Part shown: positions 39,493 through 49,800 of the stretch, piece by piece
How the letters are laid out: each line of letters begins with the position of its first letter
Position numbering within the stretch: position 1 is the first letter of the stretch
Assembly: GCA_002311645.1 (NCBI GenBank)
Contig: DBYW01000035.1
Coordinates: 26,306-90,305 of the forward strand
From: Bacteroidales bacterium UBA1176
GTDB lineage: Bacteria > Bacteroidota > Bacteroidia > Bacteroidales > WCHB1-69
Length of the DNA stretch: 64,000 nt
Direction of reading: 5' to 3'
Program-made: the position numbers and the translations under genes
Notes under the pieces: model-generated
Seen by the model: the letters and a program-made list of their open reading frames with translations, nothing else
Told to the model about the DNA's origin: nothing
Database searches by the model: none

Positions 39493-42120
39493 TCAATCTA
39501 TCGATTGGTTTATTGAGATGTGGAAATGGCTGCCCCACGCGCTCTTGGCGCGTCCAGGCACCTCGTCGAAGCCGTAGCCCCAGTCGAAGCCCAGCAAGCC
39601 GAACATCGGCAAGTAGACGCGCACGCCGAGGCCTGCGGACTTATACATGCTGAAGGGGTTGTATTCCTGAATGTTGAGCCAGCCCTTGCCCGCCTCGAGG
39701 AAGGCAAGCACATAGATGGTGGCCGATGGATTGAGCGTGATGGGATAGCGCAATTCGGCGGTGAACTTCTGATAGATGCTGGCGCCCGTGGAGCTGCCGT
39801 CGAGATAGGGGGACAGCACCTCTTCGTCATAGCCACGCATGCCTATAATCTCACGACCGTCGTAACTGAAGTTCGACAAGCCGTCGCCGCCCAGATAGAA
39901 GCGTCCGAAGGGCGGAATGCCGATGTTCTTGTTGTAACAGCCCATGAAGCCCATCTTGAGACGCACATTCAGCACCAGATTCTGCACAATGCGCGTAAAC
40001 CAGGAGGCATTGACCTTCCACTTGTGGAATTCCAGCCAACGGAATTTTTCCTGATCGGTCATGGAGGTGTAGTCCTTATGGCCAAACAGCGAGTAGGGCG
40101 GTGTGACCTGCACGCTGAAACTGATGCTGGAGCCTTCGCGCGGATAAATGGGAGCGTTGACGGAATTACGCGCCAACGTGAAGATATAGCTAAGACTGTT
40201 GGCGTTACCGTTATTGAAGAAATAGTAACCCGACCAGTTGGTCACCGTGTAGTACTCGTATGAGAGCGTGTGTGACATTTGGAAATAGTCGTCCGGCCAT
40301 TTCAGCTTGTTGACCAACGAAAGGGATGCGCCCGCGATACTGGAGGCCCGGAAGCCTGTGGTATCCGATTTCTTCATACCGTTGGTCTGGCGCTGATAAT
40401 AGACACCGACCGTAAGGGCATTGGGTTTCTTGCCACCAAGCCACGGCTCCGTAAAAGAAACGTTGTAGTATTGATAGAGGGAACCCGTCGTCGAGACGTT
40501 GAAGGCCAGGCGTTGGCCGTCGCCACCGGGAATAGGCGACCAGGCATCCTTCTTGAAGAAATTGCGCGTGGAGAAATTGTTGAAGGCGACACCCGCCGTG
40601 ATGACAAAGCCCATGGCACCATAACCCGCACTCAAGGAGAGCTGGTCGGAACTGGTCTCCTCCACCACATAGTTGATGTCCACTGTACCGTTGGCCTCGT
40701 TGGGCTTGGGCTGCACATCCATCTTCTCCTGGTTGAAATAACCGAGCGACATCAGCATCTGCTGTGTACGGATAATGTCTGCACGGTTGAAAAGCTGTCC
40801 CGGGATGGTCGTCACCTCACGCAAAATCACGTTGTCGTTGGTCTTGGTGTTACCCGACACAGTAATCTTGTTGTAGCGCGCCTGCTTGCCCTCTCGAATA
40901 CGGATTTCGATGTCGATGGAGTCGTTTTCCACTGCCACCTCCACCGGATTGGCGGAGAAGAAAAGGTAGCCGTTGTTCATATAGAGGGATGCCAAGTCTT
41001 CACCGTCCTCCTTCATGGTCAGATTCTTGTTCAGAAGCGTTTGGTTGTAGACATCGCCCTTGCTGATGCCTAAAAGTCGCGACAACACCGTAGTAGGATA
41101 GATGGTGTTGCCCACAAAAGTGATGTTTCGGAAATAATAGCGATGCCCTTCGTCCACATCAATGTCTATGTGCATGTCGCGTCCATCGAGATAGAACGTG
41201 TCACGGGTAATGATAGCGTCGCGAAAGCCAAGTTCGTTGTACTTGTTGATGAGATTGACCTTGTCGTTCTCGTAATTCTCCTTGATAAACTTGGATTTCT
41301 TGAAGATGCGCAACTTGACGCGGTCGGCGAAATAGTCGTCAAGATGCTCCTTTATATCTTTGGATTCGTAGTAGCCTTTGTGCCTGATGCTGTAGGCGAT
41401 GGCGGTGTCCAGCTTGTAGAAGGGCCTGAAGAGGAGTTTCTCCTTAGTCTCTTTCATGGAGCGCAACAACACAGCGTCGGTCACGTCCTTGTTTCCGTTG
41501 ATGGCAATCTTGGAGATACGCACGCGTTTGGATTTCTGGATATCAAAAAGGATATTCTTGGCGTTTTTGACCTTTTCGTCGGGAATTTCCTGCACGTTCA
41601 CGGAGCAGCTGTAGAAACCTTTGTCCACATAATACTTGCGTATAACATTGGCGCAGGTGGTCTTCATGTTGTCGTTGATGATATTGCCTTGGGAGATGCC
41701 GAGTTTCTCTCGCAAGTCGTTCTCCTCGGATTTGGTAGTGCCCTTGAAGCCAAAGGAGACGAGTCTCGCCCGATCTTCGAGGCGCACGTCGAGGAAAGCG
41801 ACATTGCCATTAACGCGCGTGACCGTGATTTCCACATCGTCGTAGAGTCCTGTTTTCCATAGCGACTTGATGGTTTTAGTGATCTCGTCGCCGGGGATCA
41901 TGATATGGTCGCCCACATGGAAAGAGAGTAGTCGTTGGTCGAGAGGAGCTGTTCCCGAGGAGGTAATACCGCCGATTTCGTACTCCACAGGGTTGGCATA
42001 GTCGATGGTCATCGGTTTGTCCGGGCCATCACCGCCCACCACAATCTGCCCATAACTTGCTGTATAGCAAATCACTAACAACAATACAAGGAAGAATGTC
42101 AACTGTTTTGATATTTTCAT
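39493..42120 (-). CDS. bamA: Outer-membrane protein assembly factor BamA
   Basis: ATG at 42120 gives the signal peptide MKISKQLTFFLVLLLVICYTASYGQ. 875 aa with POTRA-like repeats followed by an Omp85 barrel. The longer track ORF would overlap uppS. Confidence 0.9.
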   Translation of the reverse strand: MKISKQLTFFLVLLLVICYTASYGQIVVGGDGPDKPMTIDYANPVEYEIGGITSSGTAPLDQRLLSFHVGDHIMIPGDEITKTIKSLWKTGLYDDVEITVTRVNGNVAFLDVRLEDRARLVSFGFKGTTKSEENDLREKLGISQGNIINDNMKTTCANVIRKYYVDKGFYSCSVNVQEIPDEKVKNAKNILFDIQKSKRVRISKIAINGNKDVTDAVLLRSMKETKEKLLFRPFYKLDTAIAYSIRHKGYYESKDIKEHLDDYFADRVKLRIFKKSKFIKENYENDKVNLINKYNELGFRDAIITRDTFYLDGRDMHIDIDVDEGHRYYFRNITFVGNTIYPTTVLSRLLGISKGDVYNQTLLNKNLTMKEDGEDLASLYMNNGYLFFSANPVEVAVENDSIDIEIRIREGKQARYNKITVSGNTKTNDNVILREVTTIPGQLFNRADIIRTQQMLMSLGYFNQEKMDVQPKPNEANGTVDINYVVEETSSDQLSLSAGYGAMGFVITAGVAFNNFSTRNFFKKDAWSPIPGGDGQRLAFNVSTTGSLYQYYNVSFTEPWLGGKKPNALTVGVYYQRQTNGMKKSDTTGFRASSIAGASLSLVNKLKWPDDYFQMSHTLSYEYYTVTNWSGYYFFNNGNANSLSYIFTLARNSVNAPIYPREGSSISFSVQVTPPYSLFGHKDYTSMTDQEKFRWLEFHKWKVNASWFTRIVQNLVLNVRLKMGFMGCYNKNIGIPPFGRFYLGGDGLSNFSYDGREIIGMRGYDEEVLSPYLDGSSTGASIYQKFTAELRYPITLNPSATIYVLAFLEAGKGWLNIQEYNPFSMYKSAGLGVRVYLPMFGLLGFDWGYGFDEVPGRAKSAWGSHFHISINQSID

Positions 42121-42160
42121 TGGCGGTTTTCGGAAATTGGCGGCAAAGATAGTGAAAATA

Positions 42161-42916
42161 TCATTGTTCCAGAACTTGCTCGCCCGTTTTTCCGTAGCGG
42201 CGTTCGCGATGCTGGAAATCAAGCACGATGTCGCGGAGGTCTTCCTTCCTGAAATCAGGCCACATCGTGGGCACGAAAAAGAGTTCAGTGTATGCGATCT
42301 GCCATAGCAAAAAGTTGCTGACACGGCAGTCGCCGCCCGTGCGTATAAGGATGTCGGGGTCGGGGATTTCGCTGTGATAAAGATGTTGTTGCACGATGTC
42401 GGACGTGATTTGTCCGGGATCGAGGGTGCCCTGGGCGGCCTCGCGCGCGATGTTGCCGACCATATCCACGATTTCGGCGCGGCCACTGTAGCTGAGGGCA
42501 AGCACTACCGTAAGTCCTTTGTTGCCAGCCGTCCGGTCGATGGCGTCTTGCAAGGCAACGCGGCTCGCGGCTGGCAGATCCTTCATGCGTCCGGTGACTT
42601 GCAGGCGCACCTGGTTTTTCATCAGCCCTTCGAGTTCGTTATGGATGGCCTGCACGAGCAAACCCATAAGCATTTCGACCTCTTCGCGGGGGCGGTTCCA
42701 GTTTTCGGTGGAGAAAGCATAGAGGGTAAGGTATTGGATGCCCATTTCGCCGGCGCCCTCTATGACGCTGCGCACGGCTTCCACGCCATGTTGATGGCCG
42801 TATGTGCGCTCGCGTCCCTGGCGTTGTGCCCAGCGTCCGTTGCCATCCATGATGACAGCGACATGGCGCGGCATCTTGTCTGGGTTGAGCGTTTTATCCG
42901 TAATATTCATGCACAC
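42161..42916 (-). CDS. uppS: Isoprenyl transferase (undecaprenyl-diphosphate synthase)
   Basis: 251 aa with HVAVIMDGNGRWA and LIRTGG..RVSNFLLWQ motifs. An alternative ATG lies at 42910. Confidence 0.9.
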   Translation of the reverse strand: MCMNITDKTLNPDKMPRHVAVIMDGNGRWAQRQGRERTYGHQHGVEAVRSVIEGAGEMGIQYLTLYAFSTENWNRPREEVEMLMGLLVQAIHNELEGLMKNQVRLQVTGRMKDLPAASRVALQDAIDRTAGNKGLTVVLALSYSGRAEIVDMVGNIAREAAQGTLDPGQITSDIVQQHLYHSEIPDPDILIRTGGDCRVSNFLLWQIAYTELFFVPTMWPDFRKEDLRDIVLDFQHRERRYGKTGEQVLEQ

Positions 42917-42922
42917 AAAATT

Positions 42923-43804
42923 TTAATGTTTAGCCCGGCGAGGCTTGCGAAGGTCGCAGAATTTCGACTCGTTGCCAAACTTGACGGTAAAGAAGATACC
43001 GGCGAAGGAGTAGATGTCGGTGGTCGTGGTGTTACCCCGCTGGGTGCCGGCCTCATTGTAAGGATACGGCAGCTCTGTCTCAGGATTGATTCGTTCCGGC
43101 GTGCGATCGGCGAGGTCGGCGGGGATGCTGCCGTGTTGTTCGCGCAGGATGTCGTTGTCGTAATAATTGCCGTGAACATCGTCAAGGTAGTCGGTGAACG
43201 TGTAGCGGATGCCCCACTCGGCGCCGATGGAGATATGGCGTCCGATGGTGAACTTGAAGCCGATGCCGAAGGGGATGGCGAAGCTGGTCAAGGAGTAGCG
43301 TTTGGCGGCTACGCCCAAGGAATCCGGGATACCCTGGCCTTCGGTGCCGAGGCTCTGCAGTTCGTACCATGTGCCGTTGCGGTGCTGTGCCTGCGGATTA
43401 AAGGAAAACAGTGTGACTCCCGCGAAGATATAGGGGGAGAATCTGTTCTGCTGGGGGGCGTTGTAAAGTTTCAGGAAATTGAGTTCCGCCTGGATCGACA
43501 ATTCCGTGATGGGAGACATGAAACTCAGATTGCGCTTTGCATAGAGCGTGCCGGCGTCGGAAGCGGAGACCTTGCCGAAAAGGAAGTCTGCCTTGATGGC
43601 CCATCGCGGGGAGATATTGTAGCGATACATGAAGCCTCCGGCCAGGTGCGAGTTCTTGAAAAGGCGCGCCTGGTTGAGGTCGCCGAGATAGAACGTGGTG
43701 CCGACCAAGGCTCCGAATTCAGAACTCTGGGCGCGCACTGCCGGAGCGATGCCTTGAAGGGCTATGAGAAAGGCACAAGCCAAAACTATAGTCAGTCGTT
43801 TCAC
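42923..43804 (-). CDS. Outer-membrane beta-barrel protein, DUF6089-like (tentative)
   Basis: 293 aa with a signal peptide and alternating beta pattern. Its position directly upstream of uppS-bamA matches what I recall for DUF6089 genes in Bacteroidota. Confidence 0.5.
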   Translation of the reverse strand: MKRLTIVLACAFLIALQGIAPAVRAQSSEFGALVGTTFYLGDLNQARLFKNSHLAGGFMYRYNISPRWAIKADFLFGKVSASDAGTLYAKRNLSFMSPITELSIQAELNFLKLYNAPQQNRFSPYIFAGVTLFSFNPQAQHRNGTWYELQSLGTEGQGIPDSLGVAAKRYSLTSFAIPFGIGFKFTIGRHISIGAEWGIRYTFTDYLDDVHGNYYDNDILREQHGSIPADLADRTPERINPETELPYPYNEAGTQRGNTTTTDIYSFAGIFFTVKFGNESKFCDLRKPRRAKH

Positions 43805-43900
43805 TGTTTTTCCATTTTAACGCCGGAATGAGCATCCGGCCGGTTGAACAAATCGATTACTGAGGGAGCTGCAAAACTGCACGCATCCCTTTTAACGCGG

Positions 43901-43908
43901 CAAAAATA
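43901..43908 (-). promoter_or_regulatory. -7 element (TATTTTTG on minus strand) for the DUF6089-uppS-bamA-ompH operon
   Basis: The minus strand reads TTTATTTTTGCCGCG, 96 nt upstream of ATG 43804. Confidence 0.5.
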
Positions 43909-43948
43909 AAAAAATTTGATTAACAATCAAAATAAATTAAAAAAAGTG

Positions 43949-43956
43949 TATTTTTG
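43949..43956 (+). promoter_or_regulatory. Strong promoter cassette for infC-rpmI-rplT
   Basis: AAAAAAAGTGTATTTTTGCCGCC, 57 nt upstream of ATT 44014. Confidence 0.7.
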
Positions 43957-44013
43957 CCGCCCAAAAATTTATAAGTAAAGGATTTATAACTAACGAAAAA
44001 GAAAGGAGACCTG

Positions 44014-44580
44014 ATTATCACACCTAACTCCGGCAAGCCGCGCACCCCGGCGGGAGCGCGTCCCAAGAAAGAGAGCCAACACCGCATCAACGAGCACATT
44101 ACCGCACAGACCGTGCGCGTAGTGGGCGAAGATTTCGAACCCAGGATCGTATCCCTGCGCGAGGCATTGGCCCTCGCCGACAAATACGAACTCGACCTTG
44201 TGGAAATTTCTCCCAACGCCACACCTCCTGTCTGCAAGGTGATGGACTATCAGAAATATCTCTACGAGCAGAAGAAAAAAGCCAAGGAAATCAAGGCCAA
44301 CAGCGCCAAGACTGTCGTGAAGGAGATTCATCTGGGTCCTCAGACCGACGATCATGACTTCGACTTCAAGTGCAACCATGCCATCAAGTTCCTCCAGGAC
44401 GGCTACAAGGTCAAGCTTCAGGTTTATTTCCGTGGACGTTCCATCGTCTACAAGGACCAAGGCGAGCTGCTCCTTCTTCGCTTCGCCGAACGTCTGGCCG
44501 ATTACGGCAAGCCCGATCAAATGCCGACCCTCATGGGACGCAACATGAACATGCTCATCAGTCCCAAGTCGAAAAAATAA
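44014..44580 (+). CDS. infC: Translation initiation factor IF-3, probable non-canonical ATT start
   Basis: The conserved N-terminus RINEHITAQTVRVVGEDF lies upstream of the track GTG at 44113. In-frame stop at 43987; no ATG/GTG/TTG between. ATT at 44014 sits 5 nt after AAAGGAG. Confidence 0.7.
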   Translation: MITPNSGKPRTPAGARPKKESQHRINEHITAQTVRVVGEDFEPRIVSLREALALADKYELDLVEISPNATPPVCKVMDYQKYLYEQKKKAKEIKANSAKTVVKEIHLGPQTDDHDFDFKCNHAIKFLQDGYKVKLQVYFRGRSIVYKDQGELLLLRFAERLADYGKPDQMPTLMGRNMNMLISPKSKK

Positions 44581-44629
44581 CACACGGAACACAGCAAGCG
44601 CATCATAAAAACTTTTAAAAACTAAAGAA

Positions 44630-44827
44630 ATGCCAAAAATTAAATCCAAGTCCGCCGCCAAGAAGAGATTTACTCTGACCGGCACCGGCAAAATCAAGAG
44701 ACATCACGCTTATCACAGCCACATTCTCACCAAAAAATCAACCAAGAGAAAACGCAACCTGGCCTACAGCGCCATCGTTGAGCACAACTTGGATCGCACC
44801 GTCCGTCAAATGCTCGGAATGTGCTAA
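44630..44827 (+). CDS. rpmI: 50S ribosomal protein L35
   Basis: 65 aa, [22 protein letters not shown]. Confidence 0.95.
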   Translation: MPKIKSKSAAKKRFTLTGTGKIKRHHAYHSHILTKKSTKRKRNLAYSAIVEHNLDRTVRQMLGMC

Positions 44828-44924
44828 CAATTAACATCATCTATTAACAAAAACAAAAAGTTCACGCTCAGCCAACCAAGAGTTTAAAAATTAAACCGCT
44901 GACGGGAAATGAAAGGAACCAATT

Positions 44925-45269
44925 ATGCCAAGATCAGTAAATCACGTTGCTTCCAAAGCAAGAAGAAAAAAGATTTTGAAACGTACCCGTGGGTACTTCG
45001 GCAAACGTAAGAACGTTTGGACCGTTGCAGTCAATTCGTGGGAGAAGGGCCAACAATACGCCTACCGCGACAGAAAAGCCAAAAAGAGAAACTTCCGCAG
45101 TTTGTGGATCACCCGTATCAACGCCGGTGCCCGCATCAACGGAATGTCCTATTCTGTCCTCATGGGCAATCTGGCCAAGAAGGGTGTCGCGCTCAACCGC
45201 AAAGCCCTCGCCGACCTCGCGATGAACAATCCTGAGGCATTCAAGGCTATCGTCGACTTAGTAAAATAG
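44925..45269 (+). CDS. rplT: 50S ribosomal protein L20
   Basis: 114 aa, [22 protein letters not shown]. Confidence 0.95.
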   Translation: MPRSVNHVASKARRKKILKRTRGYFGKRKNVWTVAVNSWEKGQQYAYRDRKAKKRNFRSLWITRINAGARINGMSYSVLMGNLAKKGVALNRKALADLAMNNPEAFKAIVDLVK

Positions 45270-45315
45270 TCCATAGTCCGATTTTTAATTAGAAATTTGC
45301 GTTTACTGTATAAAG

Positions 45316-45347
45316 AATGGCACCTTGACGGGTGCCATTTCTTTTTC
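45316..45347 (+). terminator. Intrinsic terminator after rplT
   Basis: Stem AATGGCACC / GGTGCCATT, loop TTGACG, then TCTTTTTC. Confidence 0.7.
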
Positions 45348-45436
45348 ATATACACCAAAAACAGACAAACGGAGGTGTGTGATTACATTGTTGAAAAAAA
45401 CTTGAAATGAGCAAGTTGAGCAAATCAAAAAAAGTG

Positions 45437-45444
45437 TATTTTTG
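45437..45444 (+). promoter_or_regulatory. Strong promoter cassette for rpsF-rpsR-rplI
   Basis: AAAAAAAGTGTATTTTTGCCGCC, 49 nt upstream of ATG 45494. Confidence 0.7.
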
Positions 45445-45493
45445 CCGCCCCAAAAAATAAACACTTTTTTATAATAAAAACAACTAAAAAACT

Positions 45494-45922
45494 ATGGTTA
45501 ATCAGTACGAAACCGTTTTCATTATGACGCCCGTTTTATCTGAAGATCAGATGAAGGAAACGGTACAAAAGTTTGAGAAGATTCTCACCGACAAAGGCGC
45601 TGAGATCGTTCATCAAGAGAACTGGGGCCTCCGCAAGCTGGAGTATCCCATCCAGAAGAAATCTTCCGGATTCTATCATTTATTTGAATTCAAAGCCGAC
45701 GGCGACGTTGTGGCCAACCTCGAGCTGCAATACCGTCGTGACGAGCGCATCATCCGCTTCCTCACGGTGAGCATGGACAAATACGCCATCGCCTACGCCG
45801 AGAAGCGCCGCGCCAACCGCAAAGAACAGCCCGCCGCCGAAGCTCCCGTCGAGCAACCCGCTCCCGAGCCCCAAGTGGAAGAAGTAAACAACGAAGAGTC
45901 TAACATCGAAACAGCAGAATAA
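45494..45922 (+). CDS. rpsF: 30S ribosomal protein S6 (acidic C-terminal tail)
   Basis: 142 aa, [15 protein letters not shown]...[10 protein letters not shown]. Confidence 0.9.
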   Translation: MVNQYETVFIMTPVLSEDQMKETVQKFEKILTDKGAEIVHQENWGLRKLEYPIQKKSSGFYHLFEFKADGDVVANLELQYRRDERIIRFLTVSMDKYAIAYAEKRRANRKEQPAAEAPVEQPAPEPQVEEVNNEESNIETAE

Positions 45923-45924
45923 TT

Positions 45925-46200
45925 ATGGCACAACAATCCGACATCAAATACATCGCCCCCGTTGCGATCGACATCAAGAAAAAGAAATACTGCCGTTTCA
46001 AGAAGAGCGGTATCAAATACATCGACTACAAGGATGGCGAGTTCCTCAAGAAATTCGTCAACGAGCAAGGCAAGATCCTGCCCCGCCGCCTCACCGGCAC
46101 CTCCCTCAAATATCAGAAAAAGGTAGCCCAGGCCGTCAAGAGAGCACGTCACCTCGCCCTGCTGCCCTTCGTGACCGACAACCTCAAGTCTAACTACTAA
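45925..46200 (+). CDS. rpsR: 30S ribosomal protein S18
   Basis: 91 aa, KKKYCRF...IDYKD...LKKF..E.GKILPRR.TG. Confidence 0.9.
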   Translation: MAQQSDIKYIAPVAIDIKKKKYCRFKKSGIKYIDYKDGEFLKKFVNEQGKILPRRLTGTSLKYQKKVAQAVKRARHLALLPFVTDNLKSNY

Positions 46201-46215
46201 AAGAGAATCACAATT

Positions 46216-46725
46216 ATGGAAATCATACTGAAACAAGACGTCAACAACTTGGGCTATGCCGACGACCTCGTTAAGGTGAAGGACGGTTACGCCCGCAACT
46301 ATCTCATCCCGAAAGGCTTGGCCGAACTCGCAACCCCTGCCAAGAAGAAAATGCTGGCCGAGACCATCCGCCAACGCGCCTTCAAGGCTGAAAAGATCCG
46401 CAAGGAAGCCGAATTCCTCGCCGGTAAGATCGAAGGCCTCGAAATCACCATCCCCGTGAAGGCTTCCGAAAAGGGCACCATCTTCGGTTCCGTCAACAAC
46501 ATCCTCGTCGCCGAAGCACTCAAGGCTCAGCACGACATCGACGTTGACCGCCGCAAGATCGTCCTCCAAGAAGACCACATCAAGGAATTGGGCGAATACA
46601 AGGCCGTTGTCAACTTGCACAAGGATTTCAACAAGGTCACCCTCAACCTGAAGGTTGTCGACGAGAATTCTCCCGCTGCTCCTGCCGCTCCCGCTGCAGA
46701 AGTTGCCGAGACCCCCGCTGAATAA
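46216..46725 (+). CDS. rplI: 50S ribosomal protein L9 (Ala/Pro/Glu C-terminal tail)
   Basis: 169 aa, MEIILKQDVNNLGYADDLVKVKDGYARNYLIP. Confidence 0.9.
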   Translation: MEIILKQDVNNLGYADDLVKVKDGYARNYLIPKGLAELATPAKKKMLAETIRQRAFKAEKIRKEAEFLAGKIEGLEITIPVKASEKGTIFGSVNNILVAEALKAQHDIDVDRRKIVLQEDHIKELGEYKAVVNLHKDFNKVTLNLKVVDENSPAAPAAPAAEVAETPAE

Positions 46726-46753
46726 TTCCGGTTTAACTTTCAACATAAAAAAG

Positions 46754-46782
46754 TCCTGCTCACACAAGCAGGATTTTTTTTT
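46754..46782 (+). terminator. Intrinsic terminator after rplI
   Basis: Stem TCCTGCT / AGCAGGA, loop CACACA, then T9. Confidence 0.75.
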
Positions 46783-46881
46783 AACGTGCAGATGCCCTGG
46801 TTTGTGCCATCAGGTATATAATTCCATTTCCCCTTCTGCTCTGATGAAACCTTGCATTCCGGACGGGAAATGCACATCAAA

Positions 46882-49800
46882 TCAGAAGTCTGTTCCCAAT
46901 GAGAACAAGAACATCCCTTTCTTGTTGGTAATCTTCAGATCCTCCACACCCCACGCATAATCGAAGCGCAGCAGATAACCCAGGACAGAGACACGCAGGC
47001 CCAAACCGATTCCGCCCACAAAGGGGTCGACCTGCCGACGAATCATCGCATGGATGGGGCCGGAATCGATATAACGGGTATACAGACAGTTGTCCTTGGA
47101 ATAGGGCGTGATGCCCGTCCAAGCCGTGCCAAAGTCTCCAAACAGGTTGAGTTGCAAAGAGTTCAGGAGTTCAAAACCAATCTGATGGCCAGCGATGAGC
47201 TGCACAAAGGGTATGCGCAATTCGCCGCTCAAGAGCACAAAGGAGGTGCCGTTGCGGATGTTCTGCTGGAATCCCCGCATATTGGTGGCCAACGTCTGAT
47301 AGGCATAGTCTTTGGTCTGATCGACCCAAATGGTACGGTCGAACTTGGCGTTAATCCAGTTGTCGACGCCGCCCATAAAGTACACCAAGCGCGCGGAGCC
47401 GACATTGGTGGAGGCTGCAGCGCGCAAGGCAAACGTCATATTCCGATAAATCTTAAAGGATCGGCGGGCGTCGAGGCCAACCACCAAAAGATTGCGCGTG
47501 TCGCGCTCGGCACGCTGCTCGTACTCGGCGAAAATCTTCACCTTGCTTCCGCGCCACAAGTTCGTATAAAGGGTCTTCGAATCGTCATAGATGTATTCCA
47601 ACTTCACGCCCGCCCATAAGTGACGCGTGTCGGGTTCTCGCAACGTGTTGTCACTCAACGAGCCCACCACATTGGTCTCGTAGCGCCCCTTCAGGGACAG
47701 CCGCAAGCTGTTGACTTTGTTGAACGGGTATTTCAAGATATAGAAGATGCTGTTGGCGCTTTGCTTGTACACATTGTCGCCATCCTGCGAGGTGATGGAC
47801 TGATGGTATAGCACAATTTGCCGATCAAGGCGTCTGGCAAGGTTCTCGTAGCTGAACATCACTTCGTTGCTACGCAGATTGAAGGAGAGTCGCAAGCCGC
47901 CTGTAATGCGATAGTCCTCGAACAAGTCGGTGATGCCGAACATGACGAGCGCGTTGAAACCTGTATTGAGGTAAATAGGCGAGGTCCCGCCCTCAAACTG
48001 CTGGTATGATGTATTCAGGAAACTGAAGTCGGCCTGCGTCACCACCTTGTTGACGGTATATTGCACACGATAGCCACTCCCCACGGGGATATAGAATTCC
48101 TCTTTTCTGTTGTTAGCCGAGGCACTGTCCGCATCGGAATGCCCATAGCGTGCATCCCGTTCGTACACCTGCACAAAACCATGCTCTTGAGGCTTCTCCT
48201 TGGTACCTAATCGCACACTGTCCTCCGTCATAAAAGCGCGCGTGCGGGCAATTTCCTCGTTGCGCAACTTGTTGCGATAAACGGAGAACGAAGGCTCAGC
48301 CCTATTCGACAAGTCAAGCTCAGAAATGCTGATACGCTTGGCCTTCCCCTTGAGCGTAATGTCGGCCACGCGGTTGGAGTATGGCTCATAATCTTGCTCC
48401 AAAATACTATAGGAACGGTCGGTCAAGGGGTGCGTCTTGGCGAAATGGGCATAGTGAATGGCAGTGTCGATGCGGCTGATGGCACTGTCGAATTGCGCCA
48501 CATAGCGGTTGACAAGGCCATCGTTGTCGCTGAGGTAGACGAACTGCTGTTTACCCGTGCGACGCGCGGCGTACTCATCGGCATAGCGGGTGTCTGTCAC
48601 GCGCAACACGCCCGGATCCTTTGTGCCGTAATCGTACAGAAAGAGGTCGTAGTGTTTCCGGGGCGTGGCTTCCATAAAGTCATCGTCCAACCCGATCGTG
48701 TCTATGGGTCGGTTGGAAGAAAAGACTATCTGCTTGGGATTAAGGAAAATGGGGTCGTAATCGTCGTAAAAATCTTGCGTGAGATTGGTGAAAGAGCGGG
48801 CGAGAAAACTATAAAGGTAGATATCGGACTGGCCATTTTTGAAGCCGGAAAAGAGCATCATCCGTCCATCCGGAGAATAACTCCATGATGTGATTTTCTC
48901 GACATCGACGAGGAAGCGTTTCTCCCACTTGCGGTTTTCAAGATTATAAGGATAGTAATAGCAGTGGCCCTTGTCTTCGAGGGTCATGCCCAGGACACCG
49001 CCGTCAGGGTGCCAGGCGATGAGCGGGAAGGATAGGTCGGGGTTCTCCTCGGTCTTGGCATAGCGGCGGAAGATGCAGCGCGGTCTGTCTTTGTCCGGGC
49101 TTTTGAGCCAAACGCGGATTTGTCCCAACTCGTTGGTCACGTATGCGTAGCTCTCATCATACGGGGAGAGGCGGATATTGCCGTAGTTCCGGCGCGGACG
49201 CGGCCTCTTCACGACCCCCTCGTCATTGAGCTGCTCGCGCTTGGTATCCGGATGGTACATCACATAATAATATTTGTACCAGTTGACGAGCAATTCCCGG
49301 AAACGGACGTTGGTGGCGTAGGCAAAGCCACGCTCGATGGTCTTGGTGGTGCGGGTGCGGTAAAGCACCTGCGCGATGGCGTTCTCCCCATAGATGTCCA
49401 CGATGTATTTCCAAAAAGAGTGGCCGGCGTAGGTGGCGTCGAGGGGTGAAAGTTCCTCGAAGTCGGCGTAACGCTGGGTGAGGATGCCGTTTTTGACATG
49501 GGCGTCGATATCGCTGCTCCACGACTGCCCGAAATAGGACGAGAGTCCGTTGTAGAACCAGTTGGGCACGTTAATGAGGTAGTCGGAAGACATATTGGAG
49601 GACACAGTGGCGCCCTGCACGAGCCAATGGGCGTAGACATTCATGATGCCGGCGCGGATCATGGCGTCGAAATGCGCGCGATTGCCGTCGAAATAGAGAT
49701 AGATCTTGGTGCCGTAGATGTTGGTCACGCCGCCCTGGTTGTAGAACTCCTCATCGTCGTAAGCGAAGTTGGATTCGCAGAAGTCCTGTTGTGTGTTGTA

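Noticed and set aside
39493-42501. The 1002-aa version of the bamA ORF, extending 127 codons upstream.
   Set aside because: The extension overlaps the uppS coding region in another frame and has no signal peptide. The internal ATG at 42120 gives a classic signal peptide (MKISKQLTFFLVLLLVICYTASYGQ) and a normal BamA length.
44113-44580. The GTG start for infC as given by the ORF track.
   Set aside because: It would remove the conserved IF-3 N-terminal segment RINEHITAQT, which is encoded in frame just upstream. An ATT, ATC or CTG start near 44014 is more consistent.
44828-44924. An L20 autoregulatory leader, or an SD-like AAAGGAA, upstream of rplT.
   Set aside because: An AAGGA lies 7 nt before the ATG, but I could not fold a convincing L20-binding mimic structure by eye. 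This is too speculative without covariation data.
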